Virus record (IMG/VR): IMGVR_UViG_3300037851_000846
Location: 1-33,878 of that record
Length of the DNA: 33,878 nt
From: a virus
Taxonomy: Duplodnaviria > Caudoviricetes
Direction: 5' to 3' (one strand)
Shown one piece after another: positions 24,396-32,189 of the stretch. The notes below the pieces were generated by a model. The model did no database searches and was not told where the DNA came from. It saw only the letters and a list, made by a program, of their open reading frames with translations. Position numbers and translations under genes: made by a program. The number at the start of each line of letters is the position of its first letter. Position 1 is the first letter of the stretch.

Positions 24396-24812
24396 ATGTA
24401 TACCGTATCGGATAACTTGTTAATCAAGCAAAACATCGCGCCGCAGGACATCGCCAGCGCCGCGACTGTAGATGGGACGGGCCAGGATTGCGCGGGGTAT
24501 GAGCAACTCCTGGTTATCGTGGAGGTGGGGCTGGCGACGACCGGCAATATCACCGTCAAGCTCCAGGAATCGAGCGACAACGGCGTAGGCGACGCCTTCG
24601 CGGACATCACCGGCGCGACTACCGGGGCCGTCGGGCCGACCGGCGACAATGAGCCGTACCTGATGGACGTGAACCTGAGCGAGCGCGAGCGGTACATCCG
24701 CGCGACGGCGACGGCCGCCGGCGGCGGCGACGTGCAGGTGGGCGTGTCGTTCGTGTTGGCGCGCGGGCGGCATCTGCCCCCCACGCAGGACAACACGGTG
24801 GTGAAAGTTTAG
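24396..24812 (+). CDS. Probable head decoration/cement protein
   Basis: Beta-rich, VKLQESSDNG...FADITGA...RYIR; immediately after capsid; AGGAGG SD. Confidence 0.7.
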   Translation: MYTVSDNLLIKQNIAPQDIASAATVDGTGQDCAGYEQLLVIVEVGLATTGNITVKLQESSDNGVGDAFADITGATTGAVGPTGDNEPYLMDVNLSERERYIRATATAAGGGDVQVGVSFVLARGRHLPPTQDNTVVKV

Positions 24813-24887
24813 GAGTTAGGAGATAGGAGATGGGAGTGGCGAAGCAACGTAGGCTACTCTATTTCCTATTTCCTATTTCCTATTTCT
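24811..24887. repeat. Inverted heptamer arrays
   Basis: AGGAG(A/T)T units followed by (CTATTTC)x4; mutually complementary with G-U pairs. Confidence 0.75.
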
Positions 24888-24906
24888 CAAACAGGAGGCA
24901 GAACCG

Positions 24907-25671
24907 ATGAGTCAACAAAAGATTAACTATATCGTGATGGCCGGTCTCTGTATGCTGGCCTTGATTCTGGGCTACTTTGGCATCAGTCTGCCGGTGACGC
25001 CGGAGATCCCCGCGCCACTGCCGACACCGACGCCGGTTGACCTCAGTGGCTATGTGGCGCACGAGGAACTCGCGTTGCTCCAGCGGCAGATTGAGACATT
25101 GAGCGTCACGGGCGGCAATGAACCCACGAGTTTCGGGGCCTACCAGACTAATTGCTGGATGGAGGCCGGGGGCAATCAATGGACGGCCGGCGACGGTTGC
25201 GTGTGGGAAGTCCAAAGCGGCGCAACGTTGGATGTGCAGGCGGGCGCGACGGTGACGCTGACCAGTGCGGCGGTGACGACGCAAACGGTAAGCAGTCTGA
25301 CGGTCAGCGGCGTCCTGGACGCGCAGGGTACGATCATCAATAGCGGCGGGACGTTGACTGTCAACGATCACCTGGATGTCGCCAACACCCTCAACTACGG
25401 CAGCAGCGATCTCTATCCCGTAGGCAGCGAGGACTCTAACTTTCAGTTCTCCTGGGGCAGCCAGACCATCACCGGCACGGCGGCGCTGACCACTCAGAAG
25501 GTGGGCAGCCCGACCGCTGCGTGGTGCAGCATCTCCGCGGCGACATTCACCGCGACCCATTGTAGCACCCTGATCGTAGGGACTACGGTGACGGCCAGTG
25601 TGTGGATTTCGGACGGGACGGCCGCGCCGGTGGGCGTGGACGTGGATTGGTTAGTAATCGGGATTCCGTAA
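24907..25671 (+). CDS. Protein with N-terminal TM/signal, Pro linker and fibre-like beta region
   Basis: YIVMAGLCMLALILGYFGI, PAPLPTPTP, Thr/Val/Gly-rich body, ends VDWLVIG; AGGAGG SD. Confidence 0.75.
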   Translation: MSQQKINYIVMAGLCMLALILGYFGISLPVTPEIPAPLPTPTPVDLSGYVAHEELALLQRQIETLSVTGGNEPTSFGAYQTNCWMEAGGNQWTAGDGCVWEVQSGATLDVQAGATVTLTSAAVTTQTVSSLTVSGVLDAQGTIINSGGTLTVNDHLDVANTLNYGSSDLYPVGSEDSNFQFSWGSQTITGTAALTTQKVGSPTAAWCSISAATFTATHCSTLIVGTTVTASVWISDGTAAPVGVDVDWLVIGIP

Positions 25672-25739
25672 ACGGCAAACGGTAGCCGGTAGACAGGGGC
25701 CGGGTCTCCTGTCTACTGGGCTACCCGGGGAGATGAACT

Positions 25740-25958
25740 ATGAAACTCATCATTGTACAGCCCGGACGGTATAACGACGCGCACGGTCACGCGCGCAGCT
25801 ATACGGCCGGCGAGGGCCTGGAAACCTCATTGGAGTACGGGCGCAGCCTGGTAGATTCCGGCTATGCGCGCCCCGCTGAAGCAGCGGTCATTGCGCCCGC
25901 CGGCATTGCGCCCGCGGTCGCGCCAGAAAAAAACCGCCGCAAGAAAGCGGCGGCATAG
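25740..25958 (+). CDS. Small head-associated hypothetical protein
   Basis: YTAGE...GRSLVDSGYARP plus basic tail; usual position before the connector; GGAG SD. Confidence 0.65.
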   Translation: MKLIIVQPGRYNDAHGHARSYTAGEGLETSLEYGRSLVDSGYARPAEAAVIAPAGIAPAVAPEKNRRKKAAA

Positions 25959-25964
25959 GCGCTT

Positions 25965-26849
25965 ATGGACTACGCTACCCTGACCCAAATTCGCGCCTAT
26001 CTGAAGCTGGCGACCGCTGAGACGGCAGATGACGCGCTGCTCCAAACGTTCATCACGTGGGCCAATCAGACCCTCAACGCCATCCGCCGGGGTGACGTGC
26101 GCTATGAGACCCGTTACTATGACTACCCCATCCAGGCGGGCAACGCCTTCGGCGTGTACGATGCCGAGACGTGGGTACAGCAGATGAACGCGGCGGGGCT
26201 ACTCTCCCAGGGCAAGCTGATGCTGGATGATGACCTACTGGCATTGGTCAGTGTGACCAACGGCAATGGCGAAGATTTGCCCACTACCGCGCTGATCACC
26301 GAGCCGCCGAATATCTATCCCAAACATATCCTGAGAATCAAGCGGGGGTCGGAGTATCGCTGGCAGATGGGCGACAACGGCGAGCGCGAGCAGGTCATCG
26401 CCGTGACGGGCTGGTGGGGCTATCATCCCGACTACGGCAGCGCGTGGACGCTCACCGACGCCGTGCAGAGCAATCCGCTCAGCGCGGTAGCCACGAGTGT
26501 CACCGTCACCGATGGCGGCCTGTTTCAGACCGGGCAACTCGTAAAAATCGAGGATGAACTGCTGACCGTCACCGCCGCCAATCCCACGACCGACAGCCTC
26601 ACCGTGACGCGGGGCGCTAATGGGACGGCGGCGGCGGCGCACGTCCAGACCACGCCGATCTATCGCTACACGGCCTGGGGCAATTATGCCCTGGCCGCCA
26701 CGCGCCTGGTAGTGTGGCGTTACCGGCAGAAGGACGCCAACGTGTTTGAGAAGACGACCAGCTTTGAAACGGGCGTCACTATCGTTCCCGCCGCCATCCC
26801 CGCCGACATTCAGGCGCTGCTCCCGCCGCGCCGCCAGGTGACGCTATGA
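25965..26849 (+). CDS. Head-tail connector (gp6/gp15-like) with beta-domain insertion
   Basis: YATLTQIRAYL...DDALL, VTGWWGY, C-terminal IPADIQALL. Confidence 0.8.
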   Translation: MDYATLTQIRAYLKLATAETADDALLQTFITWANQTLNAIRRGDVRYETRYYDYPIQAGNAFGVYDAETWVQQMNAAGLLSQGKLMLDDDLLALVSVTNGNGEDLPTTALITEPPNIYPKHILRIKRGSEYRWQMGDNGEREQVIAVTGWWGYHPDYGSAWTLTDAVQSNPLSAVATSVTVTDGGLFQTGQLVKIEDELLTVTAANPTTDSLTVTRGANGTAAAAHVQTTPIYRYTAWGNYALAATRLVVWRYRQKDANVFEKTTSFETGVTIVPAAIPADIQALLPPRRQVTL

Positions 26850-27256
26850 GCATCGCGGACACCTGCGCAGGGATCGTCGCCATCGGCGCCACGGTCAGCG
26901 GCATCTTCAACGCCAGCGACCCGCCGCCGGAGAAGCTGGACAGCGCGGAAATGCCCGCGTTGTATGTCTTCACCGGCCCAGCGACCTATGACACGAGTAC
27001 GTATGGGTTTCACCGCGAGACGCGCCAATATCGCGTGCGGGTGGCCGTCGCGCCGGAAGGCCAGGCCACCCCGCCGGTCATCGAGGCGCGGGTGCGGACG
27101 TTGCTGCCGCTGGTCAGCGCGGCGCTGATTGCCGCGCCTACCCTCAATGGCAAGGCGTGGCAAGCCACCGTGTTGGGCGATAGCGGCGTGATTCTATTAC
27201 CGGAGTATAGCGCCGTGGGGTTTGAACTCCGGGTGGAGGTGTTGGATGACTGTTAG
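26846..27256 (+). CDS. Probable tail terminator
   Basis: 136 aa; MPALYV and APTLNG motifs; position before the tail tube gene. Confidence 0.6.
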   Translation: MSIADTCAGIVAIGATVSGIFNASDPPPEKLDSAEMPALYVFTGPATYDTSTYGFHRETRQYRVRVAVAPEGQATPPVIEARVRTLLPLVSAALIAAPTLNGKAWQATVLGDSGVILLPEYSAVGFELRVEVLDDC

Positions 27257-27587
27257 CTGTCCCCAATGTGGCAGCCCACTCACGTGGGTGACGCGCGGCG
27301 ACCGGGAGGTCGGATACTGTCGGTATAACCCCCACGGGCCAGTGATTGATCGCCCGTTAACCCCCGCTGAGGAACTGGCAGAAACAGCCCCTACCGGCAG
27401 TGAATTGACTACACTGCCCGGCATTGACCTGGAGATTATGGGCGCGCTGGTCCACGCGGGCTATACTACCGTGGCCCAGGTGCAGGCCGCCACCGATGCG
27501 GAATTGTTGGCGATCTCCGGCATTGGCCCGGTGCGTCTGGCGAAAATCCGGGGTATTATTCACAGCGGCGCTTCACCCCTGGGGTGA
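27246..27587 (+). CDS. Zn-ribbon plus helix-hairpin-helix protein
   Basis: CPQC...C...H; LPGI...AGYTTV...ATDAELLAISGIGPVRLAKI; GGAGGT SD. Confidence 0.75.
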   Translation: MTVSCPQCGSPLTWVTRGDREVGYCRYNPHGPVIDRPLTPAEELAETAPTGSELTTLPGIDLEIMGALVHAGYTTVAQVQAATDAELLAISGIGPVRLAKIRGIIHSGASPLG

Positions 27588-27615
27588 AGCGCCCACTATC
27601 AGGAGGTAAAGACCT

Positions 27616-28428
27616 ATGACCGCAGCAGCAGCACAAATTACCAGCGTCTCCTTTCGCGGCGTGCAACTTCTGGCGGTGGACGCCAACGGCTACCCCACCG
27701 TCGAAAGCGCCACCGAATACAGCGGGCTCCGCATTGTGGGCGCGAAGGCGCTCACTCTCAACATCCCCGATTGGCAACGCTTGACCGCCACCGGCGATGA
27801 CCGGGTGTTGGCGCAGTTTGTCCTCCCCGCGCAGGAAGGCGTCACCGGCGAATTGCGCGTGGGCGCGTTCGATATGACCGCCGAGGCGTTGGTCAGTGGG
27901 ATCAACGTCAAAACGGTGGGCGAGATGAAGGCGCTCCCCTTCGCCACCGAACAGGCCGATTTGCCCGATATGTGGCTGTTGGCCTGGCGTGAGGCGAAGA
28001 GCGTCGTCTCCGGCGATGCCGGGCGCGGGCATTATGAGTGGGTGCTCCTACGCGCCAAGCTCACGCCGCTGGCCGGGGAATGGGGCGAGCGCGCCACCGA
28101 GGAACGGCGCTATATGGTGACGGCGCAGGTCGTCAGCAAGTGGCCGTGGGGTGAAGCGTTGGTCTTAGGCACGGACGGCTGCGCCGAGATGCAACTGGCC
28201 TTCGGGTCGGCGGAATACGTGCCGCGCCTGAGCGCCTTTGAGGGCGATGGCGCGACGTTGGCGTTTACCCTCGTGGGCAAGACCGCCATCAGCACGGACA
28301 AAATGTCAGTGTACAACAACGGCACGGCAGTGGTCGCCGGTCTGACCAAAGCCGTCGGCAGCCTCACCTGGGCCGGCGCGCCCACCAATGGCGCGAAGAT
28401 CGTCCTGTTCTGTGAGGTGGCGAGTTGA
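27616..28428 (+). CDS. Major tail (tube) protein
   Basis: AGGAGGT SD; 270 aa beta-rich; C-terminal GDGATLAFTL Ig-like segment; precedes chaperone. Confidence 0.75.
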   Translation: MTAAAAQITSVSFRGVQLLAVDANGYPTVESATEYSGLRIVGAKALTLNIPDWQRLTATGDDRVLAQFVLPAQEGVTGELRVGAFDMTAEALVSGINVKTVGEMKALPFATEQADLPDMWLLAWREAKSVVSGDAGRGHYEWVLLRAKLTPLAGEWGERATEERRYMVTAQVVSKWPWGEALVLGTDGCAEMQLAFGSAEYVPRLSAFEGDGATLAFTLVGKTAISTDKMSVYNNGTAVVAGLTKAVGSLTWAGAPTNGAKIVLFCEVAS

Positions 28429-28871
28429 GCACGCCGACCGTCACGCTGAGCACCGGCCAGTCCCTCGCCGTCCAGCCCGTCCCGCCTTTCGCGCTGGCCG
28501 AAATCGAGCGACGGTATGCTGCTCCCCACGACACGCTGGCCTCGGAAGACCCGGCCGCGCGCGCATCCCGCGAAAAGTTGACGCGGGAAGTGGCCTGGCT
28601 GCTGGCCTTACCCGACGTAGTGACGCCGGAGGATTGGCAGTTCCCGCGCGCGCTGCGCTATGCCGGGATTGAGCCGCGCGACGGGGATGAAGGGCGCCTG
28701 TTGGACTACATCGAGTATGCCCTGCTGGTCACGCCGGGCGACATCCAGGCAGTGCAGGCGGTGATGTACGGCGCGGCATTGACGGAGGACGACATCGGCG
28801 CCGCCGAGGCCGTGTTTCCGGCTGACTGCGGACGGACACCCCCTTTTACCTATCCCGGCGCCGCCGGATGA
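28425..28871 (+). CDS. Tail assembly chaperone (G)
   Basis: Position after the tail tube gene; GAGGTG SD and TTG start; AAEAVF segment before the candidate slippery site. Confidence 0.7.
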   Translation: MSTPTVTLSTGQSLAVQPVPPFALAEIERRYAAPHDTLASEDPAARASREKLTREVAWLLALPDVVTPEDWQFPRALRYAGIEPRDGDEGRLLDYIEYALLVTPGDIQAVQAVMYGAALTEDDIGAAEAVFPADCGRTPPFTYPGAAG

Positions 28872-29076
28872 ACCGGACGTCCGGGCGGCCGGCAGTTTTG
28901 AGGAATTGGGCGCGGCGCGCGCCTGGGGGTTGACCCCGGCCGCGTGGTACGCCGAACCGCGCTGGGCGCGCGCGGCGCTGGTGGCGCATAGCCGCCTCCG
29001 CGCGCGCCTTGAGTATTGGACGGGGGAATGGCGGCAGGGCCGGGGATTACCCGCGCCGGAGATCAGCCGAGGCTAA
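28816..29076 (+). CDS. Tail assembly chaperone frameshift extension (T), +1 frame
   Basis: Not in ORF track. FRLTADGHPLL...FEELGAARAWGLTPAAWYAEPRWARAALVAHSRLR...; no ATG/GTG start at its 5' end. Confidence 0.7.
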   Translation, partial: FRLTADGHPLLPIPAPPDEPDVRAAGSFEELGAARAWGLTPAAWYAEPRWARAALVAHSRLRARLEYWTGEWRQGRGLPAPEISRG

Positions 29077-29077
29077 T

Positions 29078-29638
29078 ATGGAAACTAAACCCCTGGACTT
29101 CAATGGCCTGGTCTTGCAGGAATTGCGCAATGTGCAGACCGGCCTCACGCAGCTGACCGCGGAAAGCGAACACATCCTCAAGCAGTTGACCCGCGTGGAA
29201 AGCACGCTGGACAAGCTGGAGGCGCGCGACGACGCGCAACAGAAGGCGTTGGACGCGCTGACGCTGATGGTGCATCGCGCGGAATCCGCGCTGACGGCGG
29301 TATCGGGGACGGCCAGCGATAATGCGCGCCGGGTGCAGGGGCTAGAACGGCAGTACCAGGGGTTGACCGACAGCTATATGCAAATCAATCGGCGGATATT
29401 AGACTGCGAGCGAGAGACTGCGGAGATGTTCAAGACCCTACAAGTGCGGATTGATGGCGTGGAAGTACAGGTAGCCGCAACGGAAGCGCGCGCCGACGCG
29501 CACCGCCGCGAGTGGGAACCGTGGGCTAAGGCGCTGCGGTGGGCCGCCTTGATTATCGGCGCGCTGATTGTCGCCGCGATTGGCATCTGGCTGCTGCGCG
29601 ATCTGGCGACCAGCATTGTGAATGGGGGCTTGCCATAG
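29078..29638 (+). CDS. Coiled-coil protein with C-terminal TM helix (XhlA/holin-like architecture)
   Basis: GAGG SD before ATG 29078; heptad repeats, then ALIIGALIVAAIGIWLL. Confidence 0.7.
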   Translation: METKPLDFNGLVLQELRNVQTGLTQLTAESEHILKQLTRVESTLDKLEARDDAQQKALDALTLMVHRAESALTAVSGTASDNARRVQGLERQYQGLTDSYMQINRRILDCERETAEMFKTLQVRIDGVEVQVAATEARADAHRREWEPWAKALRWAALIIGALIVAAIGIWLLRDLATSIVNGGLP

Positions 29639-31783
29639 ATGGCGGATAAAACGGTTGAAGTCACCCTCAAAGTCAAAACGGATACGGCGAGCACCCAAGC
29701 CGCGGCCCAAGCTGTCGCGGGTGTGGGGGATGCGGCTAAGAAGAGCGCAGACAAAGCCGCTGTCTCTATAAAGCAACTTAATGACCGGATGAATAGCCTG
29801 GCCGAAACCGGCGAGAAGTTGAGCAGTATCGGCGGCGCCGTCGCCGGCATCGGCGCGGTTATTTCCGGACCATTGTTGCTCGCGGCTAATTCCTACATTC
29901 AGGCCACAGGGCGGGCCGAAGCGCAGTCGCGGCGCTGGCTTAGTACGCAGGAACGGATCGGTAAGGCCGGGCAGGACGTGGGGCGCGTGGTAGTACAGCA
30001 GGTATTGCCTTATCTGGAAAAAGCCGCCGACCTCGCCGAGAAAGCCGCCCGCTTTGCCGAGCAGCATCCCGAAGCCATTGCCGCCGCGCTTAAGATCGGC
30101 ACAGTGCTGGCCGGCCTGGGCGCGGCGTTGGTCACGGTGGGGCAGATCGCCGCCACGGCGGCCAACATCGGCAAGCTCTACGCGGCGGCGGCCACGGCCA
30201 AAGCCGCGGGGGCGGCCGGGGCGGCTGGGGCCGGAGTCGCGGGCGGGGCGGCGCTGGCGGCGGGCGGTGTGCTAGCCGTGGGGGGCGCGGCGGCTTATGG
30301 CGTGATGCGCGCCGGTGAGGAAATCACCGGGCGCAAGTTTGGCGTCACCGTCACGCAGACGGCCAGCCTGGTCAGTTACGGCCTGGGCAGTCTCATCGGT
30401 AAAGGTGAAGAATTTGCTAAATTCACCTACGGCGTGGGGGAGAAGCTGGGGCTGACCGGCAAACAGGCGACGGAGGCCGCCCAGAGCGTGGACGCGCTCA
30501 ATACCTCCCTGGCGGACATGGTCGGCGACGCTACCTGGAAAAGCGCCCTCGCCGGTTACGAACAATTTCAGAAAGAAAACACGGCCGCCACCGCGCAGTA
30601 TGAGCAATTTCGCGCCGACCTCATTGACCGCTACGGCCAACGGCGCGCCCAGGCCGAACAACAGTATGAACAGCAGCGCACCGCCATTGTGACTGACTTT
30701 GCCCAGCAACAAGCGCGCGCGCTCCAGGACTTCCGGCAGGGGCAGGCGCGCGCCGCGACGGACTTCTCCCGCAATCAGGCGCAAGCGGCCGCCGCGTTCG
30801 CGCGCGCCCAGGCGCAGGCCGACAGCGATTACTATGCCCAGCGCGCCCTGAACGCGCGGAATTTCGGCCTTGAAGCCGCGCGGATGGAAGCCGATCACCA
30901 ACGCGATATGCGGCGGATGCAGCAGGATTATCTCAACCAGGTAGCCGACGCGGAAATTGACCGCGACGCCACGGCCCTCTACCAGGCCACGCGCAGCTAT
31001 GACCAGCAGCGCACGCAGGCGGAAGAGGACTACCAGACTGAGGCGCAACGGCGCAACGCGGATTATGCGCAATCCGTAGCCGACCAGGAAGCCGCGTTCC
31101 AACAGCAACGCGCCCAAAGAGCAGAAGAATTTTCGCGCCAACAGGCTGAGGCCCAGGCTCATTATGCGGAACAGCGGGATCAACAGTTGGCCGATTTCGC
31201 CCAGGAGCAGGCCGATGCCCGCAATCAACAGGCCGAACGGTTGGCAGAGTTGGACGCCGCTTACCAGGAAGAGAAGGCGCAGACGGATATACAGCAACAA
31301 GAAGAGTTAGCGGCGGAGTATGCCCACTATGAGGCGGAGAAGGTTCTCCGTAGTACCAAATTCCAGGAGCAGTTGACCGCCCTGGACGCCGCGCTGACCG
31401 GCCAGCAGGCGACGGCGCAGGCGAAATACGCCGCGATGGAGGCCGATTTCACGGCCTATTTGAACCGCCTGCAAACCAGTATCCCCAAGACTACCCCGAC
31501 CTCTGCCCGCACTGCCACGCGCCGGGGCGGGCGCGCGGCCGGCGGGTATGCGGATTATGGCGCGTACACGCTCGGCGAGGCTGGGCGGGAATTCGTGCTG
31601 AACGCGGACACGACCCGGCAACTCGAAGGCGCGTATGGCGGCGCGTTGACCCAGCAGACGTTCAATAGTCAGCCCGTCAGCATCCAGGCCAGCTTCACCG
31701 GGATGGGCGCGAATGACCGCCAGTGGTTTGAGGCGCGCCTGGGGCAATTTGCGGCGCAATTGCAGGGGGCGCTCAATGGCTGA
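29639..31783 (+). CDS. Tape measure protein
   Basis: 714 aa Ala/Gln-rich, hydrophobic middle region, 11-residue F/Y periodicity, C-terminal AAGG...GEAGREFVLN. Confidence 0.88.
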   Translation: MADKTVEVTLKVKTDTASTQAAAQAVAGVGDAAKKSADKAAVSIKQLNDRMNSLAETGEKLSSIGGAVAGIGAVISGPLLLAANSYIQATGRAEAQSRRWLSTQERIGKAGQDVGRVVVQQVLPYLEKAADLAEKAARFAEQHPEAIAAALKIGTVLAGLGAALVTVGQIAATAANIGKLYAAAATAKAAGAAGAAGAGVAGGAALAAGGVLAVGGAAAYGVMRAGEEITGRKFGVTVTQTASLVSYGLGSLIGKGEEFAKFTYGVGEKLGLTGKQATEAAQSVDALNTSLADMVGDATWKSALAGYEQFQKENTAATAQYEQFRADLIDRYGQRRAQAEQQYEQQRTAIVTDFAQQQARALQDFRQGQARAATDFSRNQAQAAAAFARAQAQADSDYYAQRALNARNFGLEAARMEADHQRDMRRMQQDYLNQVADAEIDRDATALYQATRSYDQQRTQAEEDYQTEAQRRNADYAQSVADQEAAFQQQRAQRAEEFSRQQAEAQAHYAEQRDQQLADFAQEQADARNQQAERLAELDAAYQEEKAQTDIQQQEELAAEYAHYEAEKVLRSTKFQEQLTALDAALTGQQATAQAKYAAMEADFTAYLNRLQTSIPKTTPTSARTATRRGGRAAGGYADYGAYTLGEAGREFVLNADTTRQLEGAYGGALTQQTFNSQPVSIQASFTGMGANDRQWFEARLGQFAAQLQGALNG

Positions 31784-32177
31784 GTACGCCATCAGCAACA
31801 CCTTGATCGCGGTTTTCCCCACCGCGCAGAGCGTCTTCGGCGTCGCGCCGGCCTCCAGCTACAAATACGGCGCGGAATTGACGCCCACCGGCGACGGCGG
31901 CCAACTGTGGCGCGGCTATCCGCGCGCCGTCTGGCGCTTCAAGGCCATCCCGGTGCCGACGTACACGACGGCCATTTGCACCACGTTGGGCATTGCGGCG
32001 GGTAGCGCCGCCGGGGTAGTCTATATCTACACCCGCAATGAGTACGATACCTGGGGTTATTATCAGGCGATGTTGCGCGTGCCGGACCCCACCACGCTCA
32101 ACCGCTGGGGCGGCCATTATCTGGATGTGGCTCTGGAATTCATCCTATTGGCGCCGGCGACGCCGCCGGCGCCTTAA
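31776..32177 (+). CDS. Probable distal tail protein
   Basis: Follows tape measure; GYPRAVWRF...VYIYTR; ATG 31776. Confidence 0.65.
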   Translation: MAEYAISNTLIAVFPTAQSVFGVAPASSYKYGAELTPTGDGGQLWRGYPRAVWRFKAIPVPTYTTAICTTLGIAAGSAAGVVYIYTRNEYDTWGYYQAMLRVPDPTTLNRWGGHYLDVALEFILLAPATPPAP

Positions 32178-32189
32178 GAGGATTGAACG

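Noticed and set aside
8393-31822. Many long overlapping or antisense ORFs (e.g. 8393-9424, 23000-23881, 30272-31300)
   Set aside because: Shadow frames of high-GC genes; they overlap motif-supported genes and have no recognisable motifs.
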